Assembly (NCBI GenBank): GCA_964609855.1
Contig: CAZSTB010000001.1
Coordinates: forward strand, 119,170 to 183,169
Length of the DNA: 64,000 nucleotides
DNA from: an uncultured Bdellovibrionales bacterium
GTDB lineage: Bacteria > Patescibacteriota > Minisyncoccia > Moranbacterales > GWC2-37-73
Direction: 5' to 3'
Position 1 is the first letter of the stretch. Each line of letters begins with the position of its first letter. The notes under the pieces were generated by a model that saw nothing but the letters and a program-made list of their open reading frames with translations, was not told the DNA's origin and searched no databases. Positions 39,782 to 49,870 of the stretch are shown piece by piece. A program made the position numbers and the translations under genes.

Positions 39782-40108
39782 CTAAAATTCAATTGTGATT
39801 CCCATTTTTTCCAGTACCTTTTTTGTTTGGGGGTCGGAAGCTATCTTCCAACTCGCCGTCGTGACAAGTTTTTCCAGAGAAGGAAATTTTTTTCGTAAGC
39901 TGGGGTTGTCGTATACCAGATTACTAAGGTCGGTTACGAAAGCGTTTAAACTTTCAATTATGCCGTTTCTTTGACTTTCACTGGATTGGTCAAAAATTTT
40001 GCATAGCCTGAAAATTTCGGCTGCTAGGTGAAAGGCGTTCTCTTTGAAACCTTGAAGTTTCTTTGGCGAAATTCTTTGACTGGTGGGATATCTGTATTTG
40101 ATTGTCAA
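39782..40108 (-). CDS. Hypothetical protein (ORFan) with strong SD and own promoter
   Basis: AAAGGAGGAGAACA-TTG; minus-strand TTGACA-17-TAAAAT at 40175-40147. Confidence 0.7.
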   Translation of the reverse strand: MTIKYRYPTSQRISPKKLQGFKENAFHLAAEIFRLCKIFDQSSESQRNGIIESLNAFVTDLSNLVYDNPSLRKKFPSLEKLVTTASWKIASDPQTKKVLEKMGITIEF

Positions 40109-40229
40109 TGTTCTCCTCCTTTTTTGGTAGATATAACTTTCCGGATATTTTAGTATAAAATTAGCGACTTGTCAACATAAGCATTGCTTCCAGTTGTAAT
40201 AATATTATAAATGCGCTAGGATAGTGATT

Positions 40230-40802
40230 ATGAATATCATCAAAACAGCACAATTTGTAAAGGGAATCGTAGGCTCTGATTCCATTTTAAAAGAGAAAAT
40301 TCCCCAAATTGCTTTTGTGGGGCGCTCTAATGTGGGAAAATCCAGTGTAATCAATGCGCTTACGGGAACAAAAGGATTAGCGATCTCTTCTTCAACTCCA
40401 GGGCGCACCTTGCAGCTGAATTTCTTCTTGGTTAACGAAAAAGCATATTTCGTCGATCTTCCCGGTTATGGCTATGCTAAGACTTCGCTTAAACAGGCGG
40501 AAAAAATGCGTAGGATGATCATGTGGTATCTTGAGCAAAACGAGCATCGTCCGGATATGGTCGTGCTTATTATCGATGGAAATGTCGGTCCTAAAAAATT
40601 CGATACGGAAATGATGGAATTGCTGACTGAAAATGGCTATAAAGTTGTTGTAGTAGCCAATAAGATGGATAAAGTGAAGGCAAGCGAAATGGTCAAGAAA
40701 AAAAGAATGATCGTGGAGCTTTTGGACAGTGAAAATATCGTTTATTTTTCCACAAAAACAAAAGCAGGAAAAGAAGAGCTGCTAGAAAAGATCTTAGGAT
40801 AA
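40230..40802 (+). CDS. engB: Ribosome biogenesis GTPase YihA/EngB
   Basis: GRSNVGKSS, SSTPGRT, DLPGYGYA, NKMD. Confidence 0.95.
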   Translation: MNIIKTAQFVKGIVGSDSILKEKIPQIAFVGRSNVGKSSVINALTGTKGLAISSSTPGRTLQLNFFLVNEKAYFVDLPGYGYAKTSLKQAEKMRRMIMWYLEQNEHRPDMVVLIIDGNVGPKKFDTEMMELLTENGYKVVVVANKMDKVKASEMVKKKRMIVELLDSENIVYFSTKTKAGKEELLEKILG

Positions 40803-40962
40803 GAAAACTCAATTAGTGAAAACTCCAATCTTCAGGTTGGAGTTTTTTGTTTGTCTTAAGAAAGTTATTGCCCGGCGCCGCTTTTTTTACCTTGAAATAC
40901 TGAAAAAACCGGTCTGTATTAATTTTAGGAATAACCCAGAGTCAGTTAAAAAAATTCTAATT

Positions 40963-41223
40963 ATGAAAAGATGGAGTGAAATCGCGTTGGATTTTATCCA
41001 AGCCGCTCAAGGCGGGGTGAATTTGGTTATTAAGCAGCAAAGAAAAAAGTTTCTAAAAAAGCTCATCGCACTGGCTGTAATTTTTTTGGGAGCTATATTG
41101 CTGCTTAGCGGCATCGCAGGTTTTTTGGGCGAGATGCTGAACGGTAAAAATTGGTCTGGATATTTGCTGGTGGGAATATTGCTGATAATAAGCGGATTTT
41201 TCGTCTCAAAACTTAAAGATTAA
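40963..41223 (+). CDS. Two-TM membrane protein (YqjE/holin-like)
   Basis: Start MKRWSE; two TM helices; adjacent to DUF883 gene. Confidence 0.6.
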   Translation: MKRWSEIALDFIQAAQGGVNLVIKQQRKKFLKKLIALAVIFLGAILLLSGIAGFLGEMLNGKNWSGYLLVGILLIISGFFVSKLKD

Positions 41224-41237
41224 ATAATTTTAAAAAT

Positions 41238-41486
41238 ATGAACAAGGAAAAAATGAAAAAAGAATTAGTAAAGATGCTGGATCAATTGGAAGATGATGCC
41301 GGCGAGCTTAAGGATTCGGTTCAGGAGAGTTTGCAGGAGGCTAGGGAAAAAGCGCAGGAAGCTCGAGATAAAGCCAACCGCTATGTCAGGGAAAATCCAG
41401 AAAAATCAGTGCTGGCTGCAGTCGGACTAGGCCTTTTTGTAGGCATTGTTTTGACGATGATGAAGAAGCACAAGTGCGACAGATGA
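41238..41486 (+). CDS. DUF883/ElaB family protein
   Basis: YVRENPEKSVLAAVGLGLFVG C-terminal anchor. Confidence 0.85.
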   Translation: MNKEKMKKELVKMLDQLEDDAGELKDSVQESLQEAREKAQEARDKANRYVRENPEKSVLAAVGLGLFVGIVLTMMKKHKCDR

Positions 41487-41579
41487 TAGGGCGGTTAAAG
41501 CAAATCAGAGGTTAAATTTCGAATGTTTTATGAGTAAAATGAAAAAATGCGATTGTCCTTTTAAATAAGGGGATATTTC

Positions 41580-41650
41580 TTGACAATGTTCTTATTTCCT
41601 GCTATATTTGTATGGCTTTGGAAGTCTTACTGCCTGGCGGCAGTTTTTTT
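41580..41650 (+). promoter_or_regulatory. typA promoter and leader hairpin
   Basis: TTGACA-17-TATATT; ACTGCC-TGGC-GGCAGT-TTTTTT at 41629-41650. Confidence 0.6.
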
Positions 41651-41751
41651 AATTTAGTTCGCAAAGTTGGCAGTGTTCGTCAGGTTCATCAAGTGCATAT
41701 TTTATTTGCTTGATAAACTTGAAGAACTTGAAAACTTTAACTCAAAAACCT

Positions 41752-43542
41752 ATGGAAATCAGAAACATTGCAATCATCGCCCATGTGGATCATGGCAAAA
41801 CAACTTTGACTGACGCAATCATGCGCCAGACTGGAATGGTGGAAGAGGGAATAAGTATGGATAATAACGCGCTTGAACAAGAACGCGGGATTACGATTTA
41901 CGCTAAAAATACTTCTATCTTTTATCGTGACACTAAAATTAACATCGTAGACACTCCTGGTCATGCCGACTTCGGCTCTGAAGTGGAGCGCGTGCTTCGT
42001 TCAATCGACAGCGTGCTTTTGATTGTGGATGCACAAGAAGGACCGATGCCTCAGACACGTTTTGTTTTGAAAAAATCTTTAGAGCTTGGCTTGAAACCGA
42101 TCGTGGTGATCAATAAAATCGACAAGCCTGCTGCTGATCCAGATTTGGTTCAGGAGCAAGTGTACGAGCTTTTCATGGATTTGGGAGCAACTGACGAACA
42201 ACTTGATTTCACAACCATGTATGCAATCGGACGCGAAGGAATTGCAAAAGAGCATCTTTCTGATGAATCTTCAAACCTCGAGCCGCTTTTGGATATGATT
42301 TTGCTAAAAGTAAAGCCTGCCAAGGCTGATGCGACTGCTGAACTTCGTATGCAACCTTTCAATCTTGGGTATGACAATTTCTTAGGACGCTTGGCTGTTG
42401 GTCGCATTCATGAGGGAACTATCAAGATGGGAGCAACCTACCTTTTGAAAAAGACTGACGGAACTTCTGAGAAGTCTCGTGTGACCAAACTTTATACTTT
42501 CCGCGGAACTGTGAGGGAAGAAGTTCAAGAAGCTTATGCGGGAGATATTGTGATGGTTGCTGGTTTTCCAAAGATTGATATTGGAGAAACTATTTGTGAA
42601 AACGAAGCGCAGGAAGCTTTGCCTGCTATCACAATTGACGAACCTACTATATCACTTCAATTCATGGTTAATGATTCTCCATTTTGCGGACGTGAAGGAA
42701 AATTTGTGACTTCAAAACAAATTAAAGAACGATTGGAGAAAGAATTGGAAGTAAACGTTGGACTTAATGTTGATTTTTCTACTTCTGAATACTTCACGGT
42801 TTATGGTCGCGGAGAACTTCACATTGCGGTGCTTTTGGAAAATATGCGTCGCGAAGGTTTTGAAATGCAAGTTTCGCAGCCACACGTTATTATTAAAGAC
42901 ATTGACGGTGTGAAATCGGAACCATTTGAAGAAGCTACAATCGATGTTCCTTCTGAACTTGCTGGATCTGTAATCGAAAGCATGGGAAAGCGTAAGGGTT
43001 TGATGACCGATATGCATGTGCACGGAAGCCAGACCAGACTCTTGTTTGAAGTTCCGACTCGTGGAATTTTAGGATTCCGAGGACAATTCGTGGTTGACAC
43101 TAAAGGAGAGGGAATTTTCTCATCACGTGTGATTGGCTTTAAGCCTTACGTTGGAGAAATTAAAAGACGTTCTGTTGGATCAATGATTTCTAATGGAACC
43201 GGAAAAGCTCTTGGATTCTCACTTGCAAATCTTCAAGACCGCGGCGTGCTATATATTGCTGCTGCTACGGAAGTTTATGAGGGGCAGGTTATTGGTAATG
43301 TTACTAAGGGAGAAGAAATGACAGTAAATCCTTTGAAAGGTAAGCAACTTACTAATATGCGCTCTTCAGGAACTGACGATGCGATTCATCTTGTTCCTCC
43401 ATACACAATTTCAATCGAAAGAGGTTTGGAAGTTATTAATGATGATGAATATCTTGAAGTTACGCCAGAATCAGTACGTCTACGAAAACAATACCTGAAA
43501 GAAGGAGACCGAACTAAAGCCGGAAGAAAACCTAAAAAATAG
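41752..43542 (+). CDS. typA: Translational GTPase TypA/BipA
   Basis: IRNIAIIAHVDHGKTT, DTPGHADF, GRGELH, EVTPESVRLRK. Confidence 0.97.
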   Translation: MEIRNIAIIAHVDHGKTTLTDAIMRQTGMVEEGISMDNNALEQERGITIYAKNTSIFYRDTKINIVDTPGHADFGSEVERVLRSIDSVLLIVDAQEGPMPQTRFVLKKSLELGLKPIVVINKIDKPAADPDLVQEQVYELFMDLGATDEQLDFTTMYAIGREGIAKEHLSDESSNLEPLLDMILLKVKPAKADATAELRMQPFNLGYDNFLGRLAVGRIHEGTIKMGATYLLKKTDGTSEKSRVTKLYTFRGTVREEVQEAYAGDIVMVAGFPKIDIGETICENEAQEALPAITIDEPTISLQFMVNDSPFCGREGKFVTSKQIKERLEKELEVNVGLNVDFSTSEYFTVYGRGELHIAVLLENMRREGFEMQVSQPHVIIKDIDGVKSEPFEEATIDVPSELAGSVIESMGKRKGLMTDMHVHGSQTRLLFEVPTRGILGFRGQFVVDTKGEGIFSSRVIGFKPYVGEIKRRSVGSMISNGTGKALGFSLANLQDRGVLYIAAATEVYEGQVIGNVTKGEEMTVNPLKGKQLTNMRSSGTDDAIHLVPPYTISIERGLEVINDDEYLEVTPESVRLRKQYLKEGDRTKAGRKPKK

Positions 43543-43565
43543 TATTGCTATAAAAACAGACGATA

Positions 43566-43596
43566 AAAAATCCCGATGAAAATCGGGATTTTTTTT
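43566..43596. terminator. Terminator between convergent genes
   Basis: AAAAATCCCGAT-GAAA-ATCGGGATTTTT. Confidence 0.85.
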
Positions 43597-43640
43597 ATCT
43601 TAGTTAAGGCATTTTACATTAAACGCGGTGGGACTTCAGT

Positions 43641-44048
43641 TTATCTGTTGGAAATATTTCTGATGGTTTTTGCGCTGATAACGCCATCTGAGGTTGTTCC
43701 AAAAACTTTTACCCTGTCACCAATTTTAATGTCCGACAGTGTAATATTATTCCAAGCCCCATCAAGTAGGCGAGTTTCGGCAGAAATACGCGCACTGAAA
43801 TGCTTAGATTTATTTTCAATGGTTATAAAATTTTCAGAAATTACGCTGACGGTTCCAATAGCAAAGCCGCGGGTATGCGAAATTCTTTCACTTTTTAAAT
43901 TTTTTACCCTCACTATGCGTTCTTGATGGGAGCGCTGAATGCGGGCTGTGGTATCATTTCCAGCATTTGCCCTAAGCGTGAAGCTGGAAGCTCCAATGGC
44001 GAATGCTAAACCTGAAATGGCTAAAGCCTTGCGTACATTTTTTTTCAT
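43641..44048 (-). CDS. Secreted DUF5666-like OB-fold protein
   Basis: Signal peptide; GTVSVISENFITI...LSDIKIGDRVKVFG. Confidence 0.65.
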   Translation of the reverse strand: MKKNVRKALAISGLAFAIGASSFTLRANAGNDTTARIQRSHQERIVRVKNLKSERISHTRGFAIGTVSVISENFITIENKSKHFSARISAETRLLDGAWNNITLSDIKIGDRVKVFGTTSDGVISAKTIRNISNR

Positions 44049-44306
44049 ATTTTTATCTTTGTAAAATGGAAAAGTTAGAAGTAAAATTCAAGAGGAAACT
44101 CTATGTTCGATTTTAAGTTTCTAGTTTTCTTTTGCACGCAGAAAATTAAAATTTTATCCGCACAAGAATTTATACGCGTCCGCTTTCAATTGTTTTCATT
44201 TTTTATGCTCGATTTGATACGGGGGAGATAACAAAGTATTGATTATTTGGCTACTATCAGCTAGAATATTGTATGTGTACAGATTATCTTTTTTTTGAAA
44301 AAGTGT

Positions 44307-44753
44307 ATGGAATTTAAAGAAGCTTATGCAAAAATAAAATTGTGGCAGATTGCATTTATTGTTGTGGCATTAATGTTGATTTGCGGACTGTATTTTTTTG
44401 GACTTGATCCCTCAAAAAAAATGTTGGAAAGGCGAAATGCTCAGCGGCGCAACGACGTGACGAATATTTTAAATGCTGTTTACAGATACAATGAAGACCA
44501 TAAGGATGCTAACCTCGAAGGCCTTACCGAAGTTCCGAAAATAATTTGTCGCACTGCGGCGAAATCTTGCGATGGCATGGTTGATATTTCACCTGTGATC
44601 GCTAATGAAAAATATCTTCTGTCCGAGGTTCCTATTGATGTAAATGAAAAAGCTGGAAATGCTTCCGGTTATCTTATTTATAAATCAAAAAAAGGCAGAA
44701 TTAGTGTAGAAGCGGTAAACGCTGAGAATGCGAAAATAATTTTGAGCAAGTAA
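44307..44753 (+). CDS. Pilin-like protein (degenerate N-terminus)
   Basis: TM then DP.K....RNAQRRNDV..ILNAV..Y, Cys pair, YLSEVPID-like C-terminus; no canonical GFTLIE site. Confidence 0.6.
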   Translation: MEFKEAYAKIKLWQIAFIVVALMLICGLYFFGLDPSKKMLERRNAQRRNDVTNILNAVYRYNEDHKDANLEGLTEVPKIICRTAAKSCDGMVDISPVIANEKYLLSEVPIDVNEKAGNASGYLIYKSKKGRISVEAVNAENAKIILSK

Positions 44754-44770
44754 AAAGTAAAGAAAAATTA

Positions 44771-45385
44771 GTGTTTGATTTAAATTTTCACGACATGGCT
44801 TTCATCGCTGGTTCCATTAAAGGTGGTTCTTATTTTGCTATATTTCTGCTTTCAATATTTATCAGCTACGTAATACCCTTGCCTGAAGTAGTGCTACTTC
44901 TTTTGATTGGGCATATCTTAAGAACTACGGGGATAAACCCGCAAATTACAATTCTTGCCTGCACTGCGGGAATAATATTAGGAGACAACATTCTTTACCG
45001 CTTAAGTTTTTTTGGCAATAAATACGTAGAAAGATTCAAGCACAAAATGCGTAAACACGCACTTATTAGATACGAGAATTTGGTTGAGGATAATATTGGT
45101 AAGACAATTTACTTTTTAAGATTCGTTACTGGCGTGCGATTTTTTGGGCCGGTTATTTCAGGAACTTTGGGAATTTCATGGAAAAAGTTCTTCTTTTATA
45201 ACGCTATTGCCACAATTATCCATAGCATGTTCTTCCTGTTGTTAGGATATTATTACCGAGGCGGCATTGTAATACTTATTACGGAAGTGGAAATTGTTCG
45301 AAATATCCTATTATTTTCTTCAGCTGTAATAGTTGGTGGGCTTATTGGTATCTTTTCTAAGCAGAATAAGATATCTAATAAATAG
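44771..45385 (+). CDS. DedA family membrane protein
   Basis: PLPEVVLL, LGDNILYRL, RFVTGVRF, FFFYNAI. Confidence 0.85.
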   Translation: MFDLNFHDMAFIAGSIKGGSYFAIFLLSIFISYVIPLPEVVLLLLIGHILRTTGINPQITILACTAGIILGDNILYRLSFFGNKYVERFKHKMRKHALIRYENLVEDNIGKTIYFLRFVTGVRFFGPVISGTLGISWKKFFFYNAIATIIHSMFFLLLGYYYRGGIVILITEVEIVRNILLFSSAVIVGGLIGIFSKQNKISNK

Positions 45386-45400
45386 TTGAAGGTGATTTGA

Positions 45401-46123
45401 TTAAAAATATTTTTTTACGCTGACAAAATCTTCAGCGATTGCCGGGTGGCAGACAAATTCAATTGTTCCAGCTGGAAGATTATCCAGAAAATTGTCCATA
45501 TCTCTGATCCAGTCAATACTGACAAGCGATTTACTTGAAACATTTGAAGAAGCGGAGAATTTCTTTTTATTTAATATTCTCAGGAGGTGTAAAATCTTGG
45601 ATATCAGTGATGTACTGATGCTGATCCCACTTTCACCGATGCGGATGTATGGAATGGAATATTGCTCCGCTATTTTAAGGGCAAGCTTGAAAAATGGCGG
45701 AAAGAAGTGCACATGCTCATGGGAATTAATGCCGTCAGGATTTCTACCCACTAGCTTATTGAACATTTCAATTTGCTCGCACCAGTCACGTTGAACTTTA
45801 CTGGTGGAAAATTTTCTGGAGACATAGCTCCATAAAAAGGTGAGACCCCTTACAAGGACATTTTTTGGCAAAGCGGTCTGCGCTGGAAATTCATGCTTGA
45901 TATCCAGATGGATATCTAACTTAACCCCACTTTTCAATAACTGGTCGAGCTCGTTTGGTGTGATATTTCCATGCACCATTACCCCAACCCTATCAATTTT
46001 TCCTAGTGAAATAAGATGCAGAATATTCCTATTGGCGCGAGAGCTGAGTCCAAAATCATCTGCTGTTACGATTAAGCGCTGTCTGTCCATTCTGTAAAAT
46101 TCCATAACTTTTGAAGAATTCAT
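45401..46123 (-). CDS. ChbG/YdjC family carbohydrate deacetylase
   Basis: LIVTADDFG, DIHL, GINSHEHVH, EFVCHP. Confidence 0.88.
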   Translation of the reverse strand: MNSSKVMEFYRMDRQRLIVTADDFGLSSRANRNILHLISLGKIDRVGVMVHGNITPNELDQLLKSGVKLDIHLDIKHEFPAQTALPKNVLVRGLTFLWSYVSRKFSTSKVQRDWCEQIEMFNKLVGRNPDGINSHEHVHFFPPFFKLALKIAEQYSIPYIRIGESGISISTSLISKILHLLRILNKKKFSASSNVSSKSLVSIDWIRDMDNFLDNLPAGTIEFVCHPAIAEDFVSVKKYF

Positions 46124-46171
46124 TATGTATGATATTATAATCTTAACAAATTAACCAAGAAACACAAACAT

Positions 46172-47263
46172 ATGGCTCTTAGATCTACTTCAAAAGCTAC
46201 AATGCAACTTAAGAACTATAATGTGCATTTTTTCTTCGTGCTTCTGGTGGGAATCAGCCTGGCATCTTTTTTCATTTTCAAGCCTTTCTTGATTGCGATT
46301 TTGCTCGCTGCAATTTTTGCCGTAATTTTTCAGCGTCCCTATGAAATGTTTCTTAAGGTTACTGGTGATAGAAAAAAAATCAGCGCATTTTTAACATCGT
46401 TGGTAGGGATAATTCTATTCATCGGCTTGTTTTTTTCCATTCTGGGGCTCATTGCAAATGAAGCGTCAAATTTCTACCGAGATATTGCATCTGAGGGAAA
46501 CATTTATCAGAAATATATTGATCCGCTTGTTGCCAATATAAACAACAATAAGCTGTTGAAATCTTTGGGTATCGATAATTTGATAAACAAAGAATCAATA
46601 AATAATTCACTCAGTCAGTTGGGTCAAAGTTCTTTGGCTATCCTGCAGAAAACTTACCAGGGTGTGGCACATTTCCTTTTCCTTTCAGTTGTAATGTTTT
46701 TCACTTTATATTACTTTCTTGCTGGGGGGCGCGATCTTGTAAGGAAGATAATGTATCTAAGTCCATTAAAAGATGAATACGAAAGAATTCTGATTGAAAG
46801 ATTCATCTCAATAAGTAGGGCTACGATAAAAGGTACATTGGTTGTTGGTATTGTGCAGGGAACAATTGGTGGATTGACTCTTGCCCTGGTGGGTGTGCCA
46901 TCAGCCGTTGTGTGGGGAATTGTTATGGTTTTCTTATCGCTTATTCCGATGGTTGGTACTAGCATTGTTTGGTTTCCTGCTGGCATCATGATGCTGCTAC
47001 TGGGTAATATTTGGCAAGGAGTCGTTATTTTAGCAGTCGGCTTTGGAATCATTTCAATTATTGATAATTTCCTAAGGCCGGAATTGGTTGGTAAGGATAC
47101 TCAAATGCATCCCCTGATCGTATTTTTTGCAACGCTTGGTGGAATCAGTCTCTTTGGCTTTCTCGGATTTATTATAGGGCCAATCGTAGTGGCTTTATTT
47201 TTGGCGCTTTGGGATATTTATGCAATAGAATTTAAGGGACAACTTAAGAAATACAATGCATAG
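46172..47263 (+). CDS. AI-2E family transporter
   Basis: Multi-TM; SLIPMVG, DNFLRP.LVG, GFIIGP. Confidence 0.92.
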   Translation: MALRSTSKATMQLKNYNVHFFFVLLVGISLASFFIFKPFLIAILLAAIFAVIFQRPYEMFLKVTGDRKKISAFLTSLVGIILFIGLFFSILGLIANEASNFYRDIASEGNIYQKYIDPLVANINNNKLLKSLGIDNLINKESINNSLSQLGQSSLAILQKTYQGVAHFLFLSVVMFFTLYYFLAGGRDLVRKIMYLSPLKDEYERILIERFISISRATIKGTLVVGIVQGTIGGLTLALVGVPSAVVWGIVMVFLSLIPMVGTSIVWFPAGIMMLLLGNIWQGVVILAVGFGIISIIDNFLRPELVGKDTQMHPLIVFFATLGGISLFGFLGFIIGPIVVALFLALWDIYAIEFKGQLKKYNA

Positions 47264-48142
47264 TTGATGATGTTGATTGATTATTACCAAAATATTCCCC
47301 GATATCTTGATCCGATCGCTTTTGCGGTCGGTTCTTTTTCTGTACGTTGGTACGCATTATCATACATGGTTGGTTTCCTTGTGGTTTATTTGGTTTTGCT
47401 AAGGAGAATTGAGAGAGGTGAGTTTGCGCATTTAATTAAAGTTTCAAATTTAAAATTTAAAATTAAAAATGAGATAGTCGGAAATGCGACTAAGGATATT
47501 TTAAGTGATTTCTTTTTGCTAGCTTTCTTTGCCGCATTAATTGGTGGGCGCTTAGGGTACGTGATTTTTTATAATTTTTCTTTTTACGCAAGCAATCCTT
47601 TGGCGATAATTTCACCATATGTGGGCGGAGAATATGTCGGAATTTACGGGATGAGTTACCATGGCGCCTTGTTGGCAATAATAATTTCAAGTTGGTTTTT
47701 TTTACGGGCCAAGAAAATCCCTTTTTTACCCTGGGCAGATTTTGTTTCATTGGCAATTCCGTTGGGATATTTCTTTGGAAGGATAGGAAATTTTTTAAAT
47801 GGAGAACTGTATGGAAAAATCACGACATCGCAATGGGGAATGTATTTCTCCACTAATGAATTAAGACACCCGTCCCAATTATATGAGGCAATCCTGGAAG
47901 GGTTATTGCTTTTTATCCTTTTGCGAGGTTGTGAAAAAAGGAAAATGCCAAGTGGGAGTATTTTCTCTCTATATTTTATTGCATATGGAACAATGAGAAT
48001 CGTAGTTGAATTTTTCAGGGAGCCTGATTCGCAAGTAGGTCTACTATTCAACATTTTAACTTTAGGACAATTATTATCGATACTTATGATAATTATGGGC
48101 ATCATTTCCATTTCCAGAATATTTGTTTTTAAAAAAGAATAA
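47264..48142 (+). CDS. lgt: Prolipoprotein diacylglyceryl transferase
   Basis: VRWYA, GGRLGYV, GMSYHG, GRIGNFLNGELYG, RHPSQLYE, EFFREPD; exact start uncertain. Confidence 0.96.
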   Translation: MMMLIDYYQNIPRYLDPIAFAVGSFSVRWYALSYMVGFLVVYLVLLRRIERGEFAHLIKVSNLKFKIKNEIVGNATKDILSDFFLLAFFAALIGGRLGYVIFYNFSFYASNPLAIISPYVGGEYVGIYGMSYHGALLAIIISSWFFLRAKKIPFLPWADFVSLAIPLGYFFGRIGNFLNGELYGKITTSQWGMYFSTNELRHPSQLYEAILEGLLLFILLRGCEKRKMPSGSIFSLYFIAYGTMRIVVEFFREPDSQVGLLFNILTLGQLLSILMIIMGIISISRIFVFKKE

Positions 48143-48191
48143 AATATGTTATACTTTTAAAAGCAAATCGCATATAAAGTTTTAAAAAAAT

Positions 48192-48593
48192 ATGAACAAA
48201 AAAATATTCAGTTCAATTTTAATAGTTGCTGTTTTTATTATTGTTGTGTTTATGGTTCGAGAAGATCAGCAGCCTGAAAATGAAGCTGCGACAATTCTTC
48301 TAGCGAAAGGCGGGGAGGCAAATTCAGACATTCATTATTTTTATGGACAGGAATGCTCGCACAGTAAAAATGTTGAAAAATTCATTAGTGAAAATAAGGT
48401 AGAGGAAAAAATTTTTATTACGAAAAAAGAGGTCTGGCATAATACTGAAAATGAATCTGATATGCAGATAAAAGCCATGGGTTGTGGACTTAGCAGTGAT
48501 AAGGTTGGGGTTCCGTTTCTATTTGCAAGAGGTAAGTGTTATGTTGGTGAAATAGAGGTTAAAAAATTCCTTCAAATGGAAATTGGCTTGTAA
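48192..48593 (+). CDS. Membrane-anchored thioredoxin/glutaredoxin-fold protein
   Basis: FYGQECSHS (CxxS), KKEVW, GVPFL cis-Pro loop. Confidence 0.7.
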   Translation: MNKKIFSSILIVAVFIIVVFMVREDQQPENEAATILLAKGGEANSDIHYFYGQECSHSKNVEKFISENKVEEKIFITKKEVWHNTENESDMQIKAMGCGLSSDKVGVPFLFARGKCYVGEIEVKKFLQMEIGL

Positions 48594-48633
48594 ATGCCAT
48601 GAGGCACAAGACTATAAGAATTAAGGGTTTTAA

Positions 48634-49650
48634 ATGAAACAAAAACAAAAATCATTAGATATAAGCAAGGCTAGGGTGGTCCAGGATGAATCAAATTATG
48701 ATGCTCGATCTGTTAAATCGGTACTTTTTTCGCGAGGAAAAAAGACCGAAACATTTTTCACGGAAGATTCTCGTTTATATGTGACTCCTCGCGAACAAAT
48801 ATTGATTAGAAAAGGAATAAATCTTGATAGAGGTACTAGGCAATGGGATAGTCTTAGTTCGCGGATTGTTTCTCGTTTCGTTTATCAAAAACCAATGGGA
48901 ACAAGTATTCTCCTTAGGCACTTGGAAAATCGTTATTCGATTCTCAATGCTTCAATTGATGAAGCTTCGCAGGGATTTGCTGATTATTTCTCCGTTGTAC
49001 GACTTTGGAATCTTTCAATAGTCGGCTCAATTTTATTTGGTATGGTGACGATGACCTTCATATATCGTTATCTGGGACAAGGTGCAGCAGCTGACCAGCT
49101 CAATGCTCCTGAGGTTTCACAGGAACTTATTCAGGCAGAAAAGGTTTTAGGAGCAGATGTCAGTAGTAATGACGCAGTAGAATTTACCAAGCAGATAATG
49201 CAAATACAGGAGGAAAATGATCAGAAAAAATTTGAAAAAGAATTAAAAGAAATGGTTAAAGGTCACCCGATTGAAAAGATGGTTCCTTATATTATCAAAA
49301 AGGATCGCATAACAGCAGCCTTCATTGTGGCAATTGCTAGAAAAGAGAGTAATTGGGGCAAGCGTCGACCAGTGCTGAATGGTCAGGATTGCTATAATTA
49401 TTGGGGTTATCGCGGTCAGAGAAAATTAATGGGTTCAGGTGGACATACGTGTTTTAATAGTCCTCAAGATGCAGTCGATACTATTGCCAAAAGACTCGAC
49501 ACTTTGATCAAGAAAGATGGTCGCAATACACCCTCAGAAATGGTCATTTGGAAATGCGGCTCAAACTGTTCTGTAACCGGTGGTCAGGCTGCGGCTAATA
49601 AGTGGATCAGTGATGTTGAAGGAATTTTTGAGCAATTAAATATTGATTAA
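48634..49650 (+). CDS. Membrane-anchored lysozyme-like protein (paralog 2)
   Basis: AIARKESNWG...CYNYWG...WKCG. Confidence 0.65.
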   Translation: MKQKQKSLDISKARVVQDESNYDARSVKSVLFSRGKKTETFFTEDSRLYVTPREQILIRKGINLDRGTRQWDSLSSRIVSRFVYQKPMGTSILLRHLENRYSILNASIDEASQGFADYFSVVRLWNLSIVGSILFGMVTMTFIYRYLGQGAAADQLNAPEVSQELIQAEKVLGADVSSNDAVEFTKQIMQIQEENDQKKFEKELKEMVKGHPIEKMVPYIIKKDRITAAFIVAIARKESNWGKRRPVLNGQDCYNYWGYRGQRKLMGSGGHTCFNSPQDAVDTIAKRLDTLIKKDGRNTPSEMVIWKCGSNCSVTGGQAAANKWISDVEGIFEQLNID

Positions 49651-49755
49651 ATAAGCCCGAAAACTACCTAGCTTCTTAAAAAGCCCATTTTTATGGGCTT
49701 TTTAAATTATGGTTAAAAAATACCCGCATTATTGCTGAAATAAATCTAAACTGGC

Positions 49756-49809
49756 TATGTATAAACTGTGGATAAGTAGCTTGACCCGGGAGGCTGTTGT
49801 TGGTAGCAT
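49756..49809 (+). promoter_or_regulatory. DnaA box(es) adjacent to a promoter
   Basis: TGTGGATAA (perfect box, 49767-49775), TATGTATAA (1 mismatch, 49756-49764); TTGACC-17-TAGCAT. Confidence 0.45.
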
Positions 49810-49870
49810 TGAATCTGTGTCTCTGGTGGGAAAACTGCCTAAGGACAGAATAAAATTTTAAACTTAAACT

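Noticed and set aside
44150-44180. Replication origin (TTATCCGCA, TTATACGCG)
   Set aside because: Only degenerate DnaA boxes, no cluster and no dnaA/dnaN nearby
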